From Tubulanus polymorphus (taxonomy: Eukaryota; Animalia; Nemertea), in the NCBI RefSeq assembly GCF_964204645.1, contig NC_134027.1, forward strand, positions 13,052,485 to 13,116,484: a DNA stretch of 64,000 nt. Reading direction: 5' to 3'. Positions 26,221 through 38,094 of this stretch are shown one piece after another. The stretch's first letter is position 1. Every line of letters starts with the position of its first letter. The position numbers were made by a program, and so were the translations under genes. The notes beneath the pieces are model-generated. The model ran no database searches. It was not told where the DNA came from and saw only the letters and a program-made list of their open reading frames with translations.

Positions 26221-26331
26221 AATTTCGATAGACATCTATATGTGGTCTTATATACTTTACAATTACTTAAAAACTAATAATTGAAAACGGTAAAAAGTAT
26301 ATAGTACCACATATAGATGTCTATTGAAATT
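26221..26331. repeat. ~110-bp foldback/hairpin
   Basis: aatttc.atagacatctatatgtggt...accacatatagatgtctat.gaaatt. Confidence 0.75.
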
Positions 26332-27404
26332 CAAAAATTTAGAATAAAATTTGTAATAATTATGAACTTTTGAATGAGGTGAGCAAAAATTCAAGTTGAA
26401 TTATCGGGAAGACGATATCAATGTTTATAACTTCACCAGCGCGCATTGTTGGATTAACTATATAAACGAGTAATATCACAAAAAAGTTAATATCAGCTGA
26501 GTTCTTCGATATTTTTACTTTTTAAATCAACATTGCGGACCCGGTGGGTACCCTAAAATGGCGCCTTGACACTGTAAAAGGCTTATTATTAGAATTTACG
26601 CACTTTTAAATCGTAATTTTTTGGGTTCGAACAGGAATGTTTTTAGCTGTAAACTCTTTTAATCACTTTGAAAAATTGGGGAATAAAACCGCCAACCGTA
26701 TATACCTGGACATGAACTTTTATCTTGTTGCTGCATATAATTAAAAACATAGGAAATCATAGTGTGTGCAAAATTGATATGCTGGCAGTTTGAAGAGAAA
26801 AAACCTAAGCAAAATGTAAGTTCGTTACAGTTCGAAATCATAGTGTTCAGCGCGTCTTATCGACTTCAATTGTTTTTTACTTCTTACTCGGGGTTGCTAT
26901 TTCTGTCTAGCTATGATTTAGGAAATAGAAATGATACACTATCTATTGGGATAACAGAGCAATAAACAGTAGAATATTCAATTTCAATTTCAATTTATTT
27001 CACAGAAAAGCGTAACATTAATACAATTTACACAATTCAAAAAAGTGAGAAAATATATAAATTTACAAATATAAAAAGATTTTGCATCAACATCTATGAC
27101 AGCGTGCTCGTGGTCTGTGTTAATCATTCATATTTTCATAGCAACATAAAACGTTCTTTATTCAATGCCTTTAACAAATAAAATTATCTACGAGTGTATG
27201 TCACTATTAGCAAATTAACGTTTTGAGTTGCTTCGTCAAATTGTCGTCTGAACCATGTAGAATTAAAGTGATCTAAATGACTAAATGTGATGTAACGATC
27301 TACTTCTTTACCCAAACCAGATAAACTAATTTCAAAAAATGAAAACATCATAAACCACATGGAATAGTAATATCGTATATGAATGATTTACTCATATCTT
27401 TCAG

Positions 27405-30310
27405 AAATTGCATCGGTTCAAGAAATACTATCTTCTTTGCTGTGTTTGTTGTTATTATGAGCACAGTATGCGAAGCAGGATCAAACTACCAAGACAAATA
27501 TGTAAATGAGATTATCAAGACATTTGCATCCTTACCGAAAGAACAGCAAATTGGATCGTGGAACATAAATTTTCCAGCATGTCCCTACACAGTTGTAGGG
27601 TTGGATGATAGTACCCTTAAGCATCATGATCAGTTAAGTATCATGCCTGTTCTTCTTTGGCACCCTTTAGCTCGAATTCCACATTCAACATTTAGTTGCC
27701 CTTCTGTACCGAAACTGGATTGCATTCAGCCCTCGATGAAACTGGTTTTTGGTGTGATGGTAAAACGTTCAAAAGCTTTAACTATATATTGTTAAACCAT
27801 ATAGACAGCAACGTGCTTTTAGTAAAAGTCACATATATACATGCAAAAATAACCATCGCATCCGTGGGCATCATCCTGAATATAATTGACAAGTTGCATC
27901 AATCTGTAGTACCATTTTTCTTAACCCACAGAAGTGGCATGACTGTTGAATTGGTAAACAACATTGATATGTTATTACTCTCAGAGTTATCATCCGGCAA
28001 GGTCGAATTGAACATCAGAGGTAACTATAGGTCCCGGTTCATACGACGCAAAGCATTCTGGACAGGGAAAGAATCGGAATTTCCGGACTTCGATTCCTTT
28101 ACATCACTTCCATATCGTCATTTATTCTGGACTGTTTCAAAACATATTACTTTCATTGGTATCCACTAGTTGAATTGAGTATGAAATCATTAAAAGCTAA
28201 ATGGGTATCGTGCGATCATCATAAATTAAATATTGCTAATTCAATATTGGTTTCAAAAGAGATCTTGACGGGAAGTGGACGAAGCAATATGATTCTGTTT
28301 TCTTTATTTTGAATGAGAATGGAGAGAGGCTTGTCATGGGACAAAGTTTTGATAATGTCCAAGACCTCTTCGTGGATGTAGCATCCCGACAGAATGAAAT
28401 AGGGTTGGAGCAAATATACTCTGATAACTGTTTCAAGTGGAGACAACGTCTTTATGATATATTTGGTTCTTCAAATATCGAGGTTAAGTTGGATTTATTT
28501 CATGCTATCCAACGCATTCTTCAAACCGTGAAAAAGGACACCCTTTTAGAAAAGATATAATGTGTGACTTTAAGTTAGTTTTTCGTCAGTCGCACGATTT
28601 TGGGAAAGAAAGGACCCAACCAACGCCTAATGCCATAGCACTATTAGAAAATATTGATAATTTCTGCAAAAAGTGGTCAGAAGTAAAATCAGAAGGTGGG
28701 GCATCAGTTCTCAATCCAAAAACCATTTCAAGAATTGATGATTTAAAGAGAGCATTGAGAAGTGATGATTTAAAGGAGCTGGAACAAATAAAAGTGAGCG
28801 TTTGCACAAGACATTAAGAACTATGATCGACTTCCCGAGAGTTGGTGTAGAAACTGTTTCGGTCGAGTATTTTTCGACATTAATCAATATATAAAGTTTA
28901 AAGAGTTCCGGCCTATTTCTGAATTATCGATCTGTCCTGACTTCAAAATAATAAATGAGCCTCGGCAAATGTTGAAAATTACTAAGAAACTTCCGCTAAC
29001 ATGTTTGCACATAGAAACCTTAAATGAATTAATGGTTATTTCGCAAAATAATCTAAGAAGTTCAATTAACTATTATGACCACAAATATTGTAGTCCAACG
29101 AAACCCATAGAATTTGGTCTTCACGCGAATACCATAGCTATTTGTTGGTGGCTGAGTATATAAAGCGCAACAAATAAAAGATCGTTACATATAGATGGAG
29201 AAAATATAGTGCTAATGAATGAAATAATTCCGAAAACTGGTCCATACAGACCATCTCAATATAATGAGGCTGACGAAAGCAGATTAAATTCAGTCGTAGC
29301 TAGGTGGAAATTCAGAAGAGTTCCTGTAACTAGTGATGGCAACTGTCTTTTTACAGCAGTAAGCATGCAACTTCAACAGTATTTGACGATAAATGAAAAT
29401 TCTTCCTTAAACGTCTTATTTCCTAGTGATCAGTCTATCGGTATGAGGGCAAATTCGTTGCGGAATATGGTAGTCGACGAATGGCTTGAAAATCAAAATC
29501 TTTATGAATTATATTTATCCGATGGCATTAACTTTACGATGGAAGCATTACGGTTTCGTTCGAATGGCGTTTTTTCTGGACCACTTGGGGATGTAGTACT
29601 ATTGGCGTTATCAAATGTTTTAGGAATTCCCATTTGCATTCTTTCTTCAATGGAACACTTTGAAAATTTTATTGTCTCGCCTAATTCCCCAGATCGCATG
29701 AAAGTCCATATGTCACCGATTTATCTTGCGTACCTAGCCAGCGGTCCTGGTCATTATGAATCGTTAGAAGAAGTAATGACGCATTGAAGAATGCACGGAT
29801 GCTATCAAAAATCATATTGAAAAGGAAAATCTTGTGCCTAGGATTAAAAAACGAACGATGGGTTGTCGTTGTGGAAAAGGGGCCAAATCAATTGGACCAT
29901 TTTGTAATTCCCGGCGATGTCCATGTTTTACGGATGATTCAAAGTGTGTTCAAGACTGTAAATGTAGAGACTGCTGCAATGGTAAAACGTCACACCCAGT
30001 GCGTAACCTCCGTGTCATATCACGAAAACGAAGTAAATTCTTGTTGCAAGGCCAATCAAATAGAGGGATAGATTTTCTTGCGGACATGTCCGAAGATATG
30101 GCTCTTGGTACACCAATTCTAATAGAATCACTCTTAATGCAGGCAGTGCACACTGTGTCTTGTTTGAAATTTGATTTGAGTTGTTTATTCTCTACATGCG
30201 TTGATTGCTTTAATGCCATAGTAAAAGATATCAATTCCAGCCCCCTTCCAACTAGGGAAAAACAATATCTTTCCAAATTAAAAAACGCTATGCTCCAAAG
30301 GAAACAATAA
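27405..30310 (+). pseudogene. Decayed Mutator-like DDE transposase followed by an OTU-type protease and a CXC (tesmin-like) domain
   Basis: SCDH, LNENG, IYSDNC, VKLDLFHAIQRI (DxxH); OTU motifs VTSDGNCLF...GHY; CRCGKG...C...RCPC...C...CKC..CCN. Confidence 0.7.
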
Positions 30311-32308
30311 ACCATTTTACAGTTGCTAGCCGCCATTTTGTTAGGGTACTTTTGTCCCGTATTGTTGGGTCATTTTTTTCTCTTTTTTAAAAATTATCCG
30401 TGATGTGTATTGTATCATATTTCATCTGCCCTGGATGGATTTTGACAACTTAAGCAACATTCAAACCGCGTGAATCTCTAGTTTTAAGTTATTTAAAAAT
30501 CATTTCTCAAATTTACAACAATGCGACATGAGAGCGATATAAAAATCGGTGGTCAGTTTTTGCCGTGCGCATAGAAATCCAGGGTACTGAACTTTGAAGT
30601 TCGTTATTTTCAGAAATAATTTTCTAAAAAATCCAAACATTTCAAGCACTGTGCGCATAAACGCCCCCTTTCAGGTGAACTTTGAAATTTTAAGATATCT
30701 TGCCTAGTTTTTTTCCTATGGCTCTTTAACTGCAGCGCGTGTATTGTCATTCCGAGATTCGGCGCTGTTTTCTTTGCGTGTATTTCAGTATATGAGCGTC
30801 AAATAGTTAACGACGAGCGTTCACTCTAAAAACAACAAACATATTTGGAACGCGTAGAACGCGAAAATAGAACACATAAAATGGGACACATTTTAGAACA
30901 CTTTTTCTCCAGAACACCAGATTTAGAACACGAGAGAACATTTGTATGACATCAAGAACACTTCTATTGAACAGATTTTTCAGAACATATTTCGGGAACA
31001 CTTCTAGGTCTGAACAAATCCAGAACAGGAATCGACCACTTTCAGAACACATGAAGAACAAATCTAGACTTTTCCTGGAATACAGCAGTGGGATCAAATG
31101 ATTTTCCTCCAAAGCAGAAAAGAGTCAACCATACACATAATACAAGATATCAGAAAAGATACAAACACTTTATTAAATTTTAAACACATTGTGTTTGATT
31201 AAAACAATATAACAATTGCTTTATCGTAACAAAAACATTAAACCGAGACCGGGTATACGTGTATCTCTCGTGGAGATCGAAAAGATTTAATACTTTTTAA
31301 TACCTCTCTGTATTCAAATACTGTAATTAACAAAATACCACGTTAGTATATAACTGTATAAACTAAATCTATCAGGATAAATCATGATAGTCCAAGGAAT
31401 GTGCCTGACGAAATAACCAAAATGAGAAAATTCTTACTTAGTTCATTTCAATACTTAGAAGTGAAATCTCATAAAATAAAAAAATGTTACTTAGAATTAA
31501 ATTAGAAAGTGTAAAGCTAATATCAGCTCAACAAGTGATCAAGGTCCATTTAGTAAAAGATGCCAGATGGTACCAACTTTTTCACGGTTACTGCATTTGA
31601 CAATGTTCATACCGGACACATACCAAATCTGAAAACTTGCAAGATACCAAACAAATATCGCTGTACTCCAAAAGTTGTAGAGCTGTAATAGGCAATTCCT
31701 AGTAACACTTTTAGAGTGGTACTACCTCTGTACATTTTGTGACAGCCCCTTAAACTCAAACATGTATCATAAAAAGCCCCTTAAACTCGAACAGAAAAAA
31801 ACCCCTTAAACTCAAACATAAAAAGCAATCATCATAAATTGAAAAAATTCAATTTTTTGAATGTTTTTCAAAATGATTCCAGTTAAAGGTAACCAGTTTC
31901 AAAGAGATAATAATAAAGAGAGTAAATATTTAATTTAAAAAAATCTTTTTAATTACTATACTGAGAAACTCACCCTGAAATCTCTTTAAAATTTCTCTTG
32001 AAAATGGCTACAAATTATGTATATATACAAGTATCAGGTATACAAATGGGCAATCTATCTGACTTCTGGTGTCAAAACATAATGAAAAAATAGCTAAATC
32101 CAGGGAAAAATTAATTTCTGTTAGTTGTCCCAGTATTAGGAGCTTGTAGAAACTTTCAGTCTAAAATAAGTTAAGACTACATCTGTATTGAATTCACCTG
32201 AATTAAAATTTACCTGATATTTATATATATGCCAACCTATATAACCTGTTACAAAATATTTTATATTCTTAAACGATTTCTATAGATTGATAGTCTATCA
32301 CGCCAATT

Positions 32309-35300
32309 TCAATTTTTGGAAAAGTATGCAGCAAGAAATTTCACAAGTTTTGGCTGCTTCTTCGTTTCAATCTTCGCATTCAACAATGCAACTTGTAGAA
32401 AATTCAAAATTGGTGCGAACTGTCGCGGATAGTTAATGTCAAATACATAATAAAATCCGAAGAGATCATGCAAAGCGCCACTAGTGTTATGTTCTGTGCA
32501 CTCAATCATACGTTCCGCGGTTTGAATGAAGAACTCCAAATTGTGGTTGTTTTCCAAGTACACAATCCTTGGGAACTTCAAAGGATTCTTTACATCAGCA
32601 GCCTAGGAATGAAAGATTAAAAGTCTGGATTACAAAGTGATGACATGTATCATTTGATCAGGGAGAACATAGAAACAAGAGCCCCATGGGGCACTATGGC
32701 AAGCCTGTCGCTTTTTCATAAATAATGCAATCTGTGGGTTATATTTGTCAAAATACACTACCCGCTCAACATAATGAGGCCCTTTTTCAAAATTCGGCTT
32801 CGTAGAAATTGGAGAACGGATAATGCTTGAATGCATGAATTGTATGAATATATGCTCAGTTGCACAGTGAAAAAGCCTTTCAATGTATCTCATTTGAATT
32901 GGGTAAAATCTTAAATGTCTTTCCAATGGCATGTATTTAACTGAATTTGCTATTTTCACTGGATTCTCCAGTTATTCTTACATGCATTCAGATATATGGA
33001 TAGCTAACCTTTATCTGACTGTAAATAGAAGAACTAGTACTACCATAACCAAGCTGATCTTCTATTCGCTGTATCAGACTGATGGTTTCGATGTTCTGAA
33101 AAAATATCAAATCAGATACTGAGAACATAAGTTTTTGGTCACTCAAGATGTTTTCAGTGATTAGTGGTAGTCAGTAAAGGTTGGAAGCTCTGCCGCTTTA
33201 TTCGATATAACCATTATCGATATCTTAAATGAAATGAAATTAATTTAATAAAAACTTAAAGAAAATTTTTACTAACTCTGCCATTAAAACTTAAGGAAGG
33301 GAAAGGATTTATTTCACCCCTTAAGCTTTCAGGCCATATTGGAGCTAATAAACAAAATCTAATATAATTTACCGTTAATTGCTGTTCGATGTTAAACATC
33401 AAGGAGCACTGCGTAGTCATCTCTAAGAAACGCTTATGAAAGCATTCTCTTTCTGTTAAATTTAGCATTTTGAAGTCATGCATAATCTGAAGGCAAAAAT
33501 TTACAGGATATCAAACTAATAGACGAATGCTTAACCAGGTGTCCAGGGTCACAGTGCCCACTTGGGAAATAGTATTTGTTTCAAAGTTTTTTTTTAATGG
33601 CCAACCGTGTGTACGTATTTGCTGCGTATTTGAAAGTTATTTTTAGCTGATTTTAGAGGGCCAAGAAAGATTTAACCTTAACTGTGGAACAAGCGTGAAA
33701 TAGGCAAATTGTATATAATTCAAAATTCAACTCCCCTGGTGGCGAAAACCTGGGTAACACCAATTCCACGTGAGATGAATACTACAACAGTGACACTATT
33801 TATTAAATATCAAGACTAACTATTTGGAAGCTACAGGTCTTGGAATTGAGGGCAAAAATGACCTTTTGGGCACAAAAAAGATCACACGACGGCCATCTTG
33901 GGTCCGATTGACCCAATTTTTCTCATACTGATGCATCATAGGGGGAAACAAACATATGTGAAAGATCAAGATAATTGTTTAAAGCGTTTTCAAAGATGTA
34001 TCTAGGGTAGATACATGTATAACCTAAAGATCAAGAAAATCCATTCAAGCGTCTTCAAAACTTCTCAAAATAACTGGATTCCGTCTATGGACGGACGACG
34101 GACGAAAAGTGAACGCAATAGCCCGCTGGGACCAAAGTCCCAAGTGGGCTAAAAGGGATACTACAATTGTGGAATCAGGGTTGGAATCATGAGCATAAGA
34201 TGAAGATGATTGGTTAAAGATTAGGTTTCATGATGACTTACATATTGCATGAAGTTGAAAAATTTGTATTTTCCAATTACAGCGTCTATGTCACCAGATT
34301 TCATGATTTCTTTTCTTCTCGCCTCAAATGTCTTCTCCATCAATTTGTTTATTCGTGGTCGATCTAACGGCATACTTTCACCAAGTTTTTCAAGGAGTTT
34401 CATGGAAAATGCAACTAAAATACATATGAAGCAGGCTTGTAAATGCATTATATTTCATGATTGACCATATAAGCATGTTCTTCAAGTCACAGAATCTACA
34501 AGTATCTTTATTACAGGAAAAGCCAAAGTTCGATCGAAATGTGGTAATACACTCATGACACTATGAGAGACAACTTTCCAATTTGGTGAAGACCAAGTGG
34601 GCGAAATACCAATGACTTTGGCACTTTTTTACTGAGTGGGCAGAATTTGCCATAGACGAGCACCAAATATCAAACATGTTTAAGCAATTACAATTGTATT
34701 TCTAGAGCCAGGTAAATTACCGTCTTTAACGTCAGCATTTTTGGTAGAATCTGAATCCACGACATTGTCCGAAGAGATTGCTGGGTCTTTGCTGTTTCCC
34801 TTGTCATTTTTATGCTCTACTGAATGATTTTTTGACGTTGATGTAGCATTACTAGTACCTGCTTGAACACAATTTTCATCAGAAGGGTCTTGTGGTTCAA
34901 CTGTTGTGCAAGATAAAGCAAAATTAGGTAAACTATTTCAGCTTAAAAGCAAAGAGAAACGATTAGAAAGATTGATTTGGGAATGTAACAACACTTTTAC
35001 AATTTGTAATTCATTCTCACAAATCTTTTTCTATCAAACAATATATTTTGACTCAAGATATCAAGCTATTAGATTATTTTCTGAAAACTTCAAGAAATCG
35101 GTGTATTAGAAAACAAGATATTCCTAGGAGATTGATTGAGAGATGCACCTACCTGTAACTACAAAGGAAGAATCCTTCACAGCATTCGGTGTTTTGCAAT
35201 CATATCTGATATGTCGGATTTTCTGTGATAGACTTTTTTTTAAAGCGGCCTAGAAATGCAAATTGAAATTCTAAAATATAAATAAGCGAATAACTGCTTA

Positions 35301-37348
35301 ATGAAAATATAAAGATACAAAATGCTTAATTCAAAAGCCTGTAATTATTTTATCTAATTCACCAAGTTTTCCATTGAGGCCATTCTTTTCATCATTATAT
35401 GAACAAAATATTTAGAGAGTGAAATTTGGCTCAATTACTAATGGTGCAATTACATAGGTTACGCTGGTAAAATTTCACTTGGGTTTTCTATTGTGAATAT
35501 CCCAGTTATGTATTAGCATTATCAAAAAATGCCAAACAGATGAACTTATTGTATGTGAACAGATGAACTTATTGTAAGTTTTATACCCATGGTTTTTCTG
35601 CCTTCTGTCTTTTATTTTCACCCTGTTTCACATCATCTCTCTTCAGATTTGGATATTTCTCAACAATCTCTTTGCAAATCAGATCATATTCAGATTTCCT
35701 CCGTATGTCTATCTGAGCTAAAACACCGTAGGCAACTTCTGCTACTACATTATCACAAACAGCTATGGCAGAACTGCGTGACTTTAATAAACTTTCAGAT
35801 AACGTATTACTAATTATAGGAATCTGAAAAACGAAAAATAAAATAAGCATAAGGACGCCTCAGCACAAAAACTACCTTGTTTCTTATTATCAGGGAGTGG
35901 GTGAATTAAAATGAGAATGAAATCCAGATTTTCTCATATTTTTTAAGAATAAAAAATGATAGAGGGTGGAGGTTAGCTCATATACTTTGTTCATTAGTCC
36001 TTATAGAAATTTTACATTTATTTACTGGTACATTGACATAATGACATCAGGGCCGTACTAGCATTTTAATTTGGGGAAGGGGGCAGATATAACCGAAAAA
36101 GGGCGGTTCTATAAGATGTAACAACATTTGCAAAAAGGACACTTTTCAAAAATTATCTCATTTACTGAATAACTAAGGGAATAACACTAAGCATCATACA
36201 TATGATTACATACTTACAATCAGCATAGCTAGGGAGGGTCGAAGTTTGGTACCTATACAATTGTGTCATACCTTCTGTATAGAGAAGCTAGGAGTGGTCA
36301 AAACAAAACAGCTTCTTTTCAAGGGAGTTTAAAAGTTCAGTAAATCACATTTTCAAACGAGCATTATATATATTACCTGAAAATTAGATTCTCCAGTATC
36401 AGAGGAATCATCATGAAGCGAAGCTGTATCCGATGACGATGCTTCATCCAAACTTTGTGATGACGAGTCATCCAAAAACGAGTCAATTTTGCTGGTGATG
36501 TTTAGTTTGTTGAATGAACAAGATGAACCTAGATATAGTGGCAGAAATACAAAATTTTTCAGGACCAGGAAGTTTTATTTTGTACCCTACCTTACAAAGT
36601 GGTGGTTTGGTGTATATCAGGTATGCTAACTTTCATGGGTATCCAACCTTTTCTTATCAACAATTTTCAATAGACATTTTGGTAAGATTACTCATATCAC
36701 CAATTCCAATATTGGTTAAAAATCATATACAATAATAAGTATGGCAACTAACCAATATATTTGTTTCCAAAAATATAACTACGTATTGGCCTATAGAAAA
36801 GGGTACAAATCTAAACACTTAAAATTTCTTACGATGATTGATAGGAATAAAAAAGATGCCTGTCAATTATAAAGAACAATGTAGGCCCACCTGCCATTGT
36901 GATTGGATCTTCATTGCAAATATAATATGCGTCAACTTTCAAGGCGCTGAACACCTCCTCATCTAATATCTCTGCTCCATCACTGGTGACAACCATCGGC
37001 AAGTGCAAATATCCAAACTTAGTCATAGCTGTAAAAATTAAAATGACATTTTTTAGTTGAGTTTTCAATAATGATGAATGATTTGCTGTAAAATAATCAT
37101 TGTAGGCAATTTTGAGTCGAAATTATCAGGTCAAACAGTTTCTTATCATACTGCTGCATTTTATGAAGTAAATAAATTAATATTGAATGGCTAACTAGAG
37201 ATGCAATAAATCCACAGAGGATCCAACCAAGGAAAATACCTTAAAATAAGCTCATACCTTTCTTGCGCAAATCATTGAAGGTTGTACAGAAGATCCAGAC
37301 CTTTCTTTTAGTGGCTTGCTCGATACATTTTACTAATCTATTCTCCAT
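32309..37348 (-). CDS. Multi-exon accessory gene of the CACTA element (CIDE-N/PB1-like N-terminus, SAMD3-like C-terminus)
   Basis: Exon-sized ORFs with GT/AG borders: MENRLVKC...FNDLRKK, ...SDGAEILDEEVF, YDLICKEIVEKYPNL, LMEKTFEARRKEI, ALHDLFGFYYVFDINYP; exon structure inferred and intactness not verified. Confidence 0.65.
33532..34154 (+). mobile_element. HINE/DINE-1-like non-autonomous element in an intron of the CACTA accessory gene
   Basis: Subterminal inverted repeat GCCCACTTGGGA / TCCCAAGTGGGC, ACGG repeat and terminal hairpin; homologous to 20700-21205. Confidence 0.7.
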
Positions 37349-37636
37349 TATAAGCTGGGGTGAAAGATAATTATGTGCAACATTAACCTTGATGTAACTG
37401 CAAAATTCATTGTTGTTTATGGTTTTCATTATACATACAAGTAATATGATCAAGTCCTAATCAGGTAATATGATCACATATATCACTGACACAAACTGTT
37501 CAATTATGTAGCTAAATATGCTGCTAAATTCAGTTAATTCCACTGATCCCATCAATCTGAGTAAAAATGTTTTCATGTATTAGTATTAGAATATTTGTCC
37601 AGCCATTGCAATCGGCCAAAAATATATCCATTCAAC

Positions 37637-37856
37637 CCATTAGCACTCAGGAATTTCACTATGTAGTGTCTATTACTCCACAGAAAATTCAAGGGAAAAT
37701 CCAAATTTATTACGATACAGAATAGCTCATTCCCAGTTTATTTTCATGTATTTCAAGTTCGTGTTATTTTGTAGTAATATATACCACTATAAACGTTTTT
37801 GTGTAGCAGACGAAAAAAGTGTCAGGACGGATTCGGGTGGCTTGAGTGCTAATGGG
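37637..37856. mobile_element. piggyBac-like MITE
   Basis: CCCATTAGCACTCA...TGAGTGCTAATGGG, flanked by TCAA/TTAA. Confidence 0.7.
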
Positions 37857-37893
37857 TTAAAATTTCAAATTAACCAGTGCTTGATCCTACTAC

Positions 37894-38092
37894 TATGGTG
37901 GCTGATTCGGGCCACATGAAAAATAAAATAAAAATGAAACTAGCTCACCACCAATTTTTTTCTAATTCTACATTTTTCGTTTTAACGATGAAAACTGGTT
38001 TTAACGTGGTGTTAAAACGAAAAATGTAGAATTAGAAAAAATTAGTGGGGACCAAGTGTCATCTTAAAAAATTTTTTTAATCAGCCACCATA
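37894..38092. mobile_element. Palindromic MITE at the 3' end of the CACTA transposase
   Basis: TIR TATGGTGGCTGATT / AATCAGCCACCATA, flanked on both sides by TACTAC; internal hairpin. Confidence 0.7.
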
Positions 38093-38094
38093 TA

